Virus record (IMG/VR): IMGVR_UViG_3300025000_000055
Direction: 5' to 3' (one strand)
DNA: 64,000 bases
Source: a virus
Taxonomy: Duplodnaviria; Caudoviricetes
The notes below the pieces were generated by a model. It was not told where the DNA came from. It saw only the letters and a program-made list of their open reading frames with translations, and ran no database searches. Made by a program: the position numbers and the translations under genes. Position 1 is the stretch's first letter. Each line of letters opens with the position of its first letter. Below are positions 1 through 10,007 of the stretch, one piece after another.

Positions 1-1
1 T

Positions 2-418
2 CAAGATTTTATATTGAATATTAAAGAAATTAAAGGTGATGTTAATAGTAGGGGGAGTGGATCTTCCCCTTGGTGGATTACTTTAAAGAGAAGAAAAGCT
101 TTATCTAAAGTAAAAAATACATTACTTTTAGGTAATCAGTTATTACCAAATACAACATTGGTTTTATCTATGCAAGAAGTAGATCTTATTAAGGCAACAT
201 ATGGGTATGATTTAATGAATATAACTTTCGTTAATAAAATTATGGCAACGTATTTCTTATTAGGGTTTGTAGTTGTTGACACATCATCTCAATTAGCTCA
301 TTTTTTATTTGATGGGCAAAATTCTTATCAAACTACTACATTTATTGGTTTAGAACGAGAAACTGGCTCAGATGAGAAGAAATTTAAAGAAATGCTTAAA
401 TTAATCAATAGGGTCTAA
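2..418 (+). CDS. 5'-partial hypothetical protein, probably virion-associated
   Basis: Frame is open from position 2 to the stop at 418; lies upstream of the head-protein cluster. Confidence 0.7.
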   Translation, partial: QDFILNIKEIKGDVNSRGSGSSPWWITLKRRKALSKVKNTLLLGNQLLPNTTLVLSMQEVDLIKATYGYDLMNITFVNKIMATYFLLGFVVVDTSSQLAHFLFDGQNSYQTTTFIGLERETGSDEKKFKEMLKLINRV

Positions 419-448
419 TTTTTTATATAAAGGGGTTGAAAAAATATT

Positions 449-1441
449 ATGTTTAAAATGAATGACGCCTATAAAATATTAATTGAAAATGCCAGTACAT
501 TTAAAGAAAAAAATAATATTTATTCTCTTAAAGAATCAGACCAAAATATTGTTAATAATACGATGATATCTAATTTATATAAATCGGCTATTGAAAAAGC
601 TCATGTTGATTTTGATGATATCCCTAATAGTAAAGGTGATTTAAGTAAATTTTCAGGTATTAAATCCATGCTAGATACTATTGATTTATTATTTCAACTA
701 TCTAATAAAACTAATACTAAAATTCCAGAATTGGATATTTTAGATAAAGCTATAAGTAATATTATTAACTTTAAAGAATCTTTTGAAAAAGGATTTAAGT
801 TAGAAAAAGAATTTATTATTTTACAATACAATATTTTGGTTTGTGCATGTATAGAAGGCTTGAGTTCAATTATTTCATCTTATGTTGATTTTATAAAAAG
901 ACCAGATAAAATAGAGTTTACTTTAATTAACTACCCTCAATTGTCTGGTCGAATCTGTATTATGAATCTTGAAAAATTTAATTCGTGTGTGCGTAGTGGT
1001 GAATTTAGTAAAGTTATTAAATCTGTTATTGAAAGTGGTAAAGAAGGATTTGTTGGAACTGAAACACTAATGATCGGAACTTTAATAGTTGGTGGGGTTT
1101 TAATTTTAGTTCCTTTGATGAGAGAATTAATTTTTTATTTTTATTACTCAAGACTAAAAATTTCAGATTATTTAAAAACTCAAGCTCTATTTTTAGAAAT
1201 TAATAAAAATAATGTTAATATGAATGCATCACTACAACCTAAAAATAAAAAACAAATCTTAGAAAGACAACAAACTGTTATTAAAAATCTACAGTCATTA
1301 TCTGAAAAAATTCGTGTTAATGATACAACTTCAAATTCTCATGTCTATAGAGAAATGAATAATGAGAATAAAGGTTGGACACTTGATAGTGTTAAAACTC
1401 AATCTGCATCTATTGATGGAAATGGGTTTAAGTTACTATAA
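449..1441 (+). CDS. putative virion (inner head) protein with one hydrophobic helix
   Basis: 330 aa with GGGG RBS; hydrophobic LMIGTLIVGGVLILVPLM segment follows KEG; structural gene context. Confidence 0.6.
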   Translation: MFKMNDAYKILIENASTFKEKNNIYSLKESDQNIVNNTMISNLYKSAIEKAHVDFDDIPNSKGDLSKFSGIKSMLDTIDLLFQLSNKTNTKIPELDILDKAISNIINFKESFEKGFKLEKEFIILQYNILVCACIEGLSSIISSYVDFIKRPDKIEFTLINYPQLSGRICIMNLEKFNSCVRSGEFSKVIKSVIESGKEGFVGTETLMIGTLIVGGVLILVPLMRELIFYFYYSRLKISDYLKTQALFLEINKNNVNMNASLQPKNKKQILERQQTVIKNLQSLSEKIRVNDTTSNSHVYREMNNENKGWTLDSVKTQSASIDGNGFKLL

Positions 1442-1470
1442 AAAAATAACTTTATTAAATTGACAATATA

Positions 1471-1482
1471 AACATATTTATA
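1471..1482 (+). promoter_or_regulatory. late promoter AACA-N6-TA (representative copy)
   Basis: Also + at 3792, 44539, 62564; - at 12138, 13106, 15134, 22932, 23431, 31753, 32993, 40417, 62504. Confidence 0.7.
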
Positions 1483-1517
1483 AAAAATCCTAATACTGAA
1501 AGGTGGTAAATAAGAAT

Positions 1518-2579
1518 ATGGCTATTTTTAATAGAAGTGGAAACGGATTTAATATACCCTCATATAGTGGGTACGACTGTTTGGTAAATGGTGACTTGGT
1601 TGCAGCTCAGGAGGGTTTTGAGGATCAACTGGCCATTATCGAATCTATTCATACAATGGACATGGAAGAAATTAATATGGAAAATGATATTAAAGTTTTA
1701 CGTGAATCTGGTGGAGATGAAATTAAAATTGAAACTCGTATGCAAGAGTTTGTAACCGTAACTGAAGGTGCTATGAGTAGTGTTTGGGAAAAAATTAAAG
1801 CTTTTTTCAGTAAAATGTGGGGTAAATTGAAGCAATTCTTTGCTTCTGTCATTCGTTTTTTTGATGGGTTGTTTAAAAGTGGTAAAGAATTTGCTACTAA
1901 ATATGAAAAAGAACTTAGAAGATTAAGTCTTTCTGGATACAAACATAAAATGTTTAATTATACCGAATTAGATAGTAACAACCACGTATCTAATGGTATT
2001 GAAGTTGCAATGAATGTTGTTGACCAAACCGGAGCTTTGAAGAGTTTTTCTTCTGAAGCTGACGCTAAAAAATGTTTGGAAGATATGGAAGAAAACAAAG
2101 AAGAAATTATAAATAAGGTCCGTGGAACTTTTATAGGTGGTGGTTCCAAAGACAATGAAGATTATAAAAAAGGATTATTTTCACACTTTAGAAGTGGTGC
2201 TAAAGATAGTGAAGATATTGAAGAGCAATCTGTTAATATTGGGAATATTATCACCGCTTTGATGAGTGACAAGTTTTCTAAAATGGCGGCTGATTCTGAA
2301 AAATCTGCTGAAAAATCATTCACTACGGTTTTAAAAGAAATTACCGGGTATGAAAAGGAATTTGGAAAATCTGTTGATGACAAAAATAAATCAGAAGATA
2401 AGAGAAAGCTTGCTTCTGTTCAAATTTCTATTATGCAAAAATATTCAACATTGTTTAGTGAAGCTAAAAATATCGCTCTTGAATATTTTGGGGCATGGAA
2501 ACACGCTATTACTGAAAGAGAGTCAGTATATAAGCAAGTATGTGTAAGTGCATTTAGATACAAAGAAGATAAGAAATAA
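1518..2579 (+). CDS. inner head protein, paralog 1
   Basis: ATG 1518 (MAIFNRS) after AGGTGG; acidic propeptide ending VTEG, then amphipathic SVWEKIKAFFSKMWGKLKQFF; late promoter at 1471. Confidence 0.75.
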   Translation: MAIFNRSGNGFNIPSYSGYDCLVNGDLVAAQEGFEDQLAIIESIHTMDMEEINMENDIKVLRESGGDEIKIETRMQEFVTVTEGAMSSVWEKIKAFFSKMWGKLKQFFASVIRFFDGLFKSGKEFATKYEKELRRLSLSGYKHKMFNYTELDSNNHVSNGIEVAMNVVDQTGALKSFSSEADAKKCLEDMEENKEEIINKVRGTFIGGGSKDNEDYKKGLFSHFRSGAKDSEDIEEQSVNIGNIITALMSDKFSKMAADSEKSAEKSFTTVLKEITGYEKEFGKSVDDKNKSEDKRKLASVQISIMQKYSTLFSEAKNIALEYFGAWKHAITERESVYKQVCVSAFRYKEDKK

Positions 2580-2645
2580 TCAATAATGAATTATCAATTG
2601 ATAAACTAAACTTGAGTTTAAAAAATCAAAGGAGGACACAGTAAA

Positions 2646-3728
2646 ATGGCTATTTTTGGAAATAAGAGAAGCTCTTTAAATGACGATTTTGATATTTCAA
2701 AATATGACCACATTCAACCTACCACAGAAGCACTGGAACAAATTATAACCGAATCTGCTAAAGATTCTTATAAACTTCGTGCCGGTATGTATGTATCAGA
2801 TGTCATGATGGAACAAGCTGTATTGTTTGAATCAGCTGACCCAGAAGTTCTTTTGGAAGCCTTTGGCAAAGGTTTTTTTGCCAAAGTAAAAGATATGTTC
2901 GTAAAAATGTGGAATGCTGTTAAAGCTTGGTTTGAAAAAATGAAAAAATCTCTTGTTATGTTTTTCTCTTCGGGTAAAACTTTTGTAGATAAGTTTGAAA
3001 ATGATCTACGGAAAAAGAATGTCAAAGGTTATAAATATAAGTCATTTAAATATACCGCAAGTAAAGGTGATGCCTTTGCCAGCAAAATACTAAGTACAAT
3101 TGATAGTACTGAGAATGAATACGAGAATAAACTTGGTGGTTTGGATGTAAGAAGTTCGTCCAAACATAAAGATGCAATGGATTCCAAAAAAGATAATATG
3201 AAAGAAGAATATGACACTAACGATGATAAAGAATCTTTATTTAAGAGTATGGGTGTTGATTCTATTTCTGAATTACAAGAAGAATCATACCAAGAATATA
3301 GAAATGGTTCTAAAGAAAAAGAAGAATTTGAAGATTTTGAAAATAATAGCAAAGATGATATGATGAAATTCATTAAGGATAGTAGTAAAAATTTAGCCGA
3401 TCTTGAAAGATATCAGAAAGATATGGATTCACATTTTAGTAAAATTGTTAAGGCTATTGAAACGGCTGGTAATAAATATAAGAATGAAGAATTTTCTAAA
3501 GTTTCACCATATGTCTCTCATAGTGTTGAAATGTTGAGATTTTGTATGTCAATTCGTTCAGCATTAAGTAAAATGCATGTTGAATATGTAAAAGAAGCTG
3601 CCAGTGAATTTGAATCTATTTTAAAAGGTTATTTAAGATTTAAACCGCTTAAAGAAAGTCTTGATGTTAGTCATGACGACAAAACTGATACTACAAATAT
3701 TTTTGAAGCGGCAATGCGTTTGGTTTAA
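2646..3728 (+). CDS. inner head protein, paralog 2
   Basis: MAIFGNKRS start with GGAGG RBS; LLEA followed by GFFAKVKDMFVKMWNAVKAWF; same layout as paralog 1. Confidence 0.75.
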   Translation: MAIFGNKRSSLNDDFDISKYDHIQPTTEALEQIITESAKDSYKLRAGMYVSDVMMEQAVLFESADPEVLLEAFGKGFFAKVKDMFVKMWNAVKAWFEKMKKSLVMFFSSGKTFVDKFENDLRKKNVKGYKYKSFKYTASKGDAFASKILSTIDSTENEYENKLGGLDVRSSSKHKDAMDSKKDNMKEEYDTNDDKESLFKSMGVDSISELQEESYQEYRNGSKEKEEFEDFENNSKDDMMKFIKDSSKNLADLERYQKDMDSHFSKIVKAIETAGNKYKNEEFSKVSPYVSHSVEMLRFCMSIRSALSKMHVEYVKEAASEFESILKGYLRFKPLKESLDVSHDDKTDTTNIFEAAMRLV

Positions 3729-3733
3729 TATAT

Positions 3734-3773
3734 TACATTAGATGAATAGTGAATAAACTATTCATCTAATGTA
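3734..3773 (+). terminator. intrinsic terminator, 17-bp stem
   Basis: TACATTAGATGAATAGT / ACTATTCATCTAATGTA followed by a T-rich tract. Confidence 0.75.
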
Positions 3774-3831
3774 TTTTATATTTTCTATGAAAACAAATAA
3801 ATAAGAAAAAAAAAGGAGCTGAATATTATCT

Positions 3832-4911
3832 ATGAATTTAAAGAATATTTTTAATAAAAATATTATATGTAATAAACCAACATCACTTTTATTAACCACT
3901 GATAATATTGATTTTGATACAAGTCAATCTTGTTTAGAATATTTTATATTATTAGAAGAAAAATATTTTAATATTAATAAAAATCATTTACAATCAGCCC
4001 ATATTGGTATTAAAGATAATAATATAGAAATATTACAAGAGGGGTTTGGTGATTTTATTAATTCGGTTATTTCATTCTTTAAAAATCTTTTAGATAAATT
4101 TAAAGAATTTATGAAAAGAATCTTTATGGTTATTTATGCATATCTTGGTGATTTTGAAAAGTTTTTAGATAAATATAAAGAAGAATTAAGAGGTTTAGAC
4201 CCTAAGTTTAGTATTAAGGGATTCAAATATACTTTTAAATCAAATATACCAAATTTAGAAATTATTGATAACATAATTAATTCTTATAATAGTGAATTGA
4301 ATGATATTGATAATATGACAAGAGATAAAATTATAGAACAAAGAGAAAAATTTATGTCAACTACTAATTTGAATAAAATTAGAGCTAATATTATTGGTGT
4401 AACAGGTGAAGTATCATCAGAAGATTACTTAAAAGATGTTAAAAAGATATTTAGGGATAATAATGATGAAAAAATAGATATTGATGTAAATAAATCATTC
4501 TTAACAACAATTATAGCAGATTACCCATTTTTAAAAAAAGAATATAGTGATTCTATTAAAGAAAGAGATAATATAATTGTAATTATAGAAAAAATTAAAT
4601 CTTTTTTTGAAAAAAGTGCATCAGTTTATTATAAGGGTACTGATAAAACCATTGGGGTTAAATTATTAAATAGAAATGGTAATAAGATTCAAATTAATGA
4701 CACTGTTGAAAAGAATCATAGTGAAAGTAAAATTAATTTAATTAACACCTTTTTTAGTTTCAAATTTACACAATCAAAAGAAATTGGTAGTATCTGTACA
4801 ATAGCTTGTATTGAAAAAGCTAATGCACTAAAAGAATGCCTATCTTTTTATAGAGAAACTATTAAAAGATGTGCATTTAAAGGACCTAAGAAATCAACAG
4901 AAGATGATTAA
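3832..4911 (+). CDS. inner head protein, paralog 3
   Basis: LQEG followed by FGDFINSVISFFKNLLDKFKEF; late promoter at 3792. Confidence 0.7.
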   Translation: MNLKNIFNKNIICNKPTSLLLTTDNIDFDTSQSCLEYFILLEEKYFNINKNHLQSAHIGIKDNNIEILQEGFGDFINSVISFFKNLLDKFKEFMKRIFMVIYAYLGDFEKFLDKYKEELRGLDPKFSIKGFKYTFKSNIPNLEIIDNIINSYNSELNDIDNMTRDKIIEQREKFMSTTNLNKIRANIIGVTGEVSSEDYLKDVKKIFRDNNDEKIDIDVNKSFLTTIIADYPFLKKEYSDSIKERDNIIVIIEKIKSFFEKSASVYYKGTDKTIGVKLLNRNGNKIQINDTVEKNHSESKINLINTFFSFKFTQSKEIGSICTIACIEKANALKECLSFYRETIKRCAFKGPKKSTEDD

Positions 4912-4933
4912 AAAAGATTATGAGGTGAATATA

Positions 4934-6025
4934 ATGGACTATTGTTTAGAAACAAGTATATTTCATTTAGAATATGATAAAGATTTCTTTTCTACATTAT
5001 TGGAAAGAATGGAAGAAGAATCCGAATTTATCAATAAATCACTAAATAATAATTATATTGTGTTGGAATCTGATACAACTAATAATCAAGGAATATGGGA
5101 AAAGATTAAAACTTTCTTTAAACGTATATTTGGTGTATTTTCAGAAAAAACTAAAACAATTTTTGATTCAAATAAAAAATGGATGGATGAGAATTTTAAT
5201 AAATTAGATAAAATTAATTATGACAAATTGAAGATAACAATGTGGCCATTCTGGTTAATGACTATTAATGATATCAAAGGTGTTCTCAGTACAATTCAAG
5301 GAATAGCTGATAATGAATTAAATAATCCTAAAAAGTTAGAAAAATATAAGAATGTAGATGATATGAAAAATACCTTATTTAAAGAATATTTCAATGAAGA
5401 CAATGATTTAACCTTAGGATTAAAGAATAAATTTAGAAGTAATAATCCTAAAGGACCTATTAAAACACAAGAGCTATCTGGAGGAGAGTTAAAGACTAAA
5501 GTTGGTGAATTCAGAGAGTATTGTTATAATTATGGTAAAGATATAACACCCATGGTCCAAGCTTGGATTAATAAGGCCGAACAATCATTAACTCGTATTG
5601 AAAAAGTTTTAAAAGAAAGTATTGGAATGGATTTTTGTTTAATTGAAAATATTATTTATTCTAATACTGATTTGATTTATTGTAGTAATTTTGAAGCTAT
5701 ATTTGAAGCGGATAATACTACACAAACTAATGATAAAAGAAAGGATGAAAAAAAACCTGGAGAATCAACTAAACCAACTGAAGTCTCAGTTGTTAATACA
5801 GATGATAAAAATAAAGTTGATGAACAAAATGAAAATAAAAAATATTCTGATGTAAGCAATTCTCAACTCACTATGTATAAGAATATAGCTCAAATTATTC
5901 AATTAGCTATAACTTCAGCAATGACGGTTTTAGAAGAAAGATTTAGTGCGTATCTAAATGCTTTAAAGAAGATTGTTGCTGAAGGTGGAAATAATATAAA
6001 TAATAATCCTGATGAAAAAAAATAA
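4934..6025 (+). CDS. inner head protein, paralog 4
   Basis: ATG 4934 after GAGGTG (ORF track starts at 4871); VLES then GIWEKIKTFFKRIF. Confidence 0.7.
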   Translation: MDYCLETSIFHLEYDKDFFSTLLERMEEESEFINKSLNNNYIVLESDTTNNQGIWEKIKTFFKRIFGVFSEKTKTIFDSNKKWMDENFNKLDKINYDKLKITMWPFWLMTINDIKGVLSTIQGIADNELNNPKKLEKYKNVDDMKNTLFKEYFNEDNDLTLGLKNKFRSNNPKGPIKTQELSGGELKTKVGEFREYCYNYGKDITPMVQAWINKAEQSLTRIEKVLKESIGMDFCLIENIIYSNTDLIYCSNFEAIFEADNTTQTNDKRKDEKKPGESTKPTEVSVVNTDDKNKVDEQNENKKYSDVSNSQLTMYKNIAQIIQLAITSAMTVLEERFSAYLNALKKIVAEGGNNINNNPDEKK

Positions 6026-6031
6026 AAAAAA

Positions 6032-6060
6032 TATAGGTAGAGAAATAATCTCTACCTATA
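6032..6060. terminator. bidirectional terminator between convergent genes
   Basis: TATAGGTAGAGA / TCTCTACCTATA with A and T tracts. Confidence 0.75.
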
Positions 6061-7303
6061 TTTTTTTAAATTCACATATCCCACTCATAATAAATTCATT
6101 TCCTTCTGATTTAAATTGTATAATTCGTTTAGTTAATCTATACGAACCACTATATGTTGAATTAATTTTAGTATTATCAAATATAAAAATAAATTCTTTA
6201 TTTGGAGTTATAGCATCTATATTAAAATCCGATATATTTACATTTATAACAGTATTATTTTCAATTTTTCTAGTCTTCGCATCATTATTACTATATTCAT
6301 TTCCATAATTATTAACTAGTACTTGGTATGTTCCAACGCCTCGTTGAACAGTTTCGGGTTTGATATTTTCAACTGTTCCTTGTTTTGGATCTATTATAAT
6401 AAAATTGTTACCAATTATTTGATCAGCTACAACAGAATTACTATATATATTTATACTATCTGGGGTTATATTTATATGATTTTCCTTTTCTTTTTCTATT
6501 ATAAAACTACCAGGAGTGAAACTATTTGGGTTTGTCACTTCCTTAATATTAAATACAGTACGTGTATATTCTTCTTTTATAAATGCAGTACATTTTGAAT
6601 TAGACTCAATAATATACATACATAATAAATCAAAGAATATTAAAGCTCCCTTAGTATAAAATCCATATTGTTGATTTAAATAAAGTAAATTATTTAATAA
6701 TGTTAATGGTGGTAATAATATTTCTTTAAAAATACTTTTATTTTGTAATGGGCTCATTAATACATTTTTCATACCACAAGTTGACAATAAATATGTTATA
6801 GTATCAGTTAAGTTACTATTAGTTATAACATTATTTACTATTTTTTTAGAATTGTCTAAATCACTTTCTTTAAATAAATAAAAAGAATATACATTTGCTA
6901 AATCTCTAGGAGTTGTTCCAGTTCTTTCAACTAATTTACTTTCTTTATAACTTGTTTCATCAAAATATGGTGTATTTTCATCCATGAATACACAAAAAAC
7001 TGTATTAACAATATCTTTCTTGAATTGAAAATCTTTATTCCCATCATAAGCATATTTTTGCATTCTAAGTCTAAATCTTACTTTTAACTTATTTGATAAT
7101 ATTTTAAAATATATTTTTGGTTCTATAGAAACAGATAATTTAAATACAGGAAAATAATCATTATCAAAATCATGTTCTAATAAAATTCCTGTAATAAAAT
7201 TAGTATTTATTTTAGTTGGCTCAACCTCTTCTGGGAATAAAATATCCATTGAATCTACCGTGTATTTATATGTTCGTGTATTATTCGGTATATTATTAGC
7301 CAA
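6056..7303 (-). CDS. putative baseplate hub/tail structural protein
   Basis: 415 aa beta-rich protein, TTG start with GGGGGG RBS; C-terminal YSGSYRLTKRIIQF resembles hub proteins; near-consensus late promoter TACA-N6-TA at 7332-7343. Confidence 0.5.
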   Translation of the reverse strand: MANNIPNNTRTYKYTVDSMDILFPEEVEPTKINTNFITGILLEHDFDNDYFPVFKLSVSIEPKIYFKILSNKLKVRFRLRMQKYAYDGNKDFQFKKDIVNTVFCVFMDENTPYFDETSYKESKLVERTGTTPRDLANVYSFYLFKESDLDNSKKIVNNVITNSNLTDTITYLLSTCGMKNVLMSPLQNKSIFKEILLPPLTLLNNLLYLNQQYGFYTKGALIFFDLLCMYIIESNSKCTAFIKEEYTRTVFNIKEVTNPNSFTPGSFIIEKEKENHINITPDSINIYSNSVVADQIIGNNFIIIDPKQGTVENIKPETVQRGVGTYQVLVNNYGNEYSNNDAKTRKIENNTVINVNISDFNIDAITPNKEFIFIFDNTKINSTYSGSYRLTKRIIQFKSEGNEFIMSGICEFKKI

Positions 7304-7389
7304 AAAAATCCCCCCTATAATAAATATTCTTTAATAATCTGTATTAAAAGAAAAAAATAAACTAGAGAAGTTAATCCCTAGTTTATTTA

Positions 7390-7950
7390 TTATGAGAAAA
7401 TAGTTCTAGTTTTATTATTTTTAATTCTTTCTCGCCAAAATTTACGGTCAAAACATTCTTCCATTAATAAATTTGCTATATTATTAGCAAATATTTCTTC
7501 AGGATCTGTCTCATGTACATCATCGGATGTTTTTAATTCAATATTTTCATAAAATTCTTGAAGAGTTAACTTAAATTTTTCTTTAACCCAGTTTTGTCTA
7601 GATAAATTAAAATACCAACAAAGTATTCTATTATTTAAGACAGCATGGTGGGCTAATTCATGTAATAATAACCACATTATACTGTTAGTATGTTCATGTT
7701 TATCAATGAATATAAATATTTCATTAGTAATTGGTTGATAAAAAGCTCGAAATGCATTATCACCAGGATATTTTCTATTTTTATAGTAGGGATCTCTTTC
7801 AAAAAAGAATTTCTTATATTTTGAATTTATAATAAAAACATTGACATCTATTTCTTCTCCCCAAAATTTATCTGAGTTAAGTTGATCAAATTCTTTTTTA
7901 ATACCATTGACATCTATACCAATGACATCAAAATCAACAAAGTTTATCAT
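7390..7950 (-). CDS. HExxH zinc metallopeptidase-like protein (ImmA/IrrE-like)
   Basis: LLHELAHH plus downstream EEIFANNIA. Confidence 0.7.
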   Translation of the reverse strand: MINFVDFDVIGIDVNGIKKEFDQLNSDKFWGEEIDVNVFIINSKYKKFFFERDPYYKNRKYPGDNAFRAFYQPITNEIFIFIDKHEHTNSIMWLLLHELAHHAVLNNRILCWYFNLSRQNWVKEKFKLTLQEFYENIELKTSDDVHETDPEEIFANNIANLLMEECFDRKFWRERIKNNKTRTIFS

Positions 7951-7993
7951 ATTATTTTACCCCCCCATTATTTATAATTAAAAAGGTACCTTA

Positions 7994-8608
7994 TTAAGTT
8001 AAATATTTTATTAGTGTATATTTCATCATAAATTTCTTAATATTCTCAATATAATAATTTATAAATTTTTTTATAATACCTTTTTTCTTATTCCATTCCA
8101 TCTCATAATTAAGATATTCTTTCATTAATAAATCGGCCACATCATTAGCAAATTTTTCTTCAGGGTTGTCTTCATGTATACCTTTAGCTGAACACATCTC
8201 ATTATTTTTATAATAATCAAAAAAATCTATATTAAACCTTTCTTTAATCCATTTAATTTGAAACAAAGTAAAATACATATGTAGTATTTTACTATTATCT
8301 ATAGCAAGATGTGTTAATTCATGAAATATTGTCCAAAGTATAATTTCTTTATTAAAATTTTCATTTATAAATAATACTATTTCCTCATGTGTTGGTACAC
8401 AAAAACCATTAACATGATCAACAACAGTATAGTTTCCTGTACTATAACATAAATGGTTATGAAATATCGTTTTATATTTTATATTTATTAAACAAATACG
8501 AGCATCTATTTCCTTACCAAATACTAAATCAGAATTTATATTATTAATTATTTCAATAATATATTCTAAATCATCATGGTTAACATCAAAATTAAAAAAT
8601 TCTATCAT
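7994..8608 (-). CDS. HExxH zinc metallopeptidase-like protein, tandem paralog
   Basis: IFHELTHL plus EEKFANDVA; start MIEFFNFDV after AGGAG parallels MINFVDFDV of the neighbour. Confidence 0.7.
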   Translation of the reverse strand: MIEFFNFDVNHDDLEYIIEIINNINSDLVFGKEIDARICLINIKYKTIFHNHLCYSTGNYTVVDHVNGFCVPTHEEIVLFINENFNKEIILWTIFHELTHLAIDNSKILHMYFTLFQIKWIKERFNIDFFDYYKNNEMCSAKGIHEDNPEEKFANDVADLLMKEYLNYEMEWNKKKGIIKKFINYYIENIKKFMMKYTLIKYLT

Positions 8609-8806
8609 TTTATTTTTTCTCCTTTTTTTAAATCTCATCTTGCAAATGTATATTCATTTGTTTTACAATCTCCATATTAGGATGCAACACTTCATCCAAT
8701 CTTTAATACTGATTTTTCTTAACTATCTTTTCTATTTATTATAATAAAGTTTAAAAGAAAATAAATAATAAATCAGAGATAATATTATCTCTGATTTATT
8801 ATATTC

Positions 8807-9124
8807 TTAATGTAATTCTTCAAACTTTTCGTCATAATATAAATTAAAATTTTTATCTCCACATTGTAAAGAATAACAAAAAGTTTCATCTATTATACCT
8901 TCAAACTTACAACTGTATAACTCGTTTTCATATATCATAGTAGCTTCTACAATAATATTATTATCAATTATAAGAGGTTCAAAATACCTTTTTGGTAATA
9001 AAATAGTAATATATTCCCTAGGTAAATCAACAAACTCAATTTCATAATCAACATCACTATGTGTATCAGATGAAGGATATTTACCTACTACGTTCTCAAC
9101 TGAAATAACTCTTAACTGTTTCAT
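8807..9124 (-). CDS. hypothetical protein
   Basis: 105 aa ORF with GTGGG RBS. Confidence 0.6.
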   Translation of the reverse strand: MKQLRVISVENVVGKYPSSDTHSDVDYEIEFVDLPREYITILLPKRYFEPLIIDNNIIVEATMIYENELYSCKFEGIIDETFCYSLQCGDKNFNLYYDEKFEELH

Positions 9125-9149
9125 AATTCATCCCACTTTTATTTTTTTA

Positions 9150-9950
9150 TTAAAATGATGAGCAGCCTTTATAATATTTTTTAAATAAAAAGGTCTTATC
9201 AGGAAATAATTTATTAAGTTTTTCTAATAAAAGAGCGTTCTTGCATCTAAATCTATTTTTATATAAAGATGATAAATCATTATCAATAAAGTCATTCATT
9301 GATAGAAATATTATATTACAATTAGTTTTCTTAAGTTTTTCTTTAATTAACCATTCAATAGCTTCCTTTATGTTATTATCATCTTTCCAGTAATTTCTAG
9401 AAACAGATTTAAATTGCCACATTTTAAATCTCTCCGGATAAGCTTTATTTATAGCTTTAAATGGAGAACCACCAAATAAATCTAAAACTGTTGATACCTT
9501 ATTATTGTCAAACATATCTGAACTTATATTTACAATACAACCATCATTACTACATTTCAATTTTGTCTCAACCAACCATCTAATAGCCTTAATTATATTG
9601 TCATCATTGTCCCAATAATTATGTGGGACTGACTTAACTGAATCTATTTCCCATGGTTTAAATTTATCAGGATACGCACTATTAATAGTATTAAACACAG
9701 ATTGATTGTGAATAATTTTAAGAACTTGGTTAAGACCATACTCAATAAGTACATTTCTATTTATTTTCTTACACAATTCCTTATCATTCCATCCTAATAA
9801 ATCATCAATTAAAAATTTTACCAGAGTATTACCAATGATTATATTTTCCTCATCACTATTTACCCAAAAGCCTTTTGGGAATATTTTTCTATTTTTACCG
9901 GCTAAAACTTGCTTATAAATTTTAATTACTTCTGATTCATTCACTCCCAT
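9150..9950 (-). CDS. DUF4046-like repeat protein
   Basis: IYKQVLAGKNRKIFPKGFW; repeated INSAYPDKFKPWE / INKAYPERFKMWQ units. Confidence 0.7.
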   Translation of the reverse strand: MGVNESEVIKIYKQVLAGKNRKIFPKGFWVNSDEENIIIGNTLVKFLIDDLLGWNDKELCKKINRNVLIEYGLNQVLKIIHNQSVFNTINSAYPDKFKPWEIDSVKSVPHNYWDNDDNIIKAIRWLVETKLKCSNDGCIVNISSDMFDNNKVSTVLDLFGGSPFKAINKAYPERFKMWQFKSVSRNYWKDDNNIKEAIEWLIKEKLKKTNCNIIFLSMNDFIDNDLSSLYKNRFRCKNALLLEKLNKLFPDKTFLFKKYYKGCSSF

Positions 9951-10007
9951 CTTTCCAACCCCTTTTATTATTATTCATTCTATATAATAATATATAAATA
10001 AATTTTA

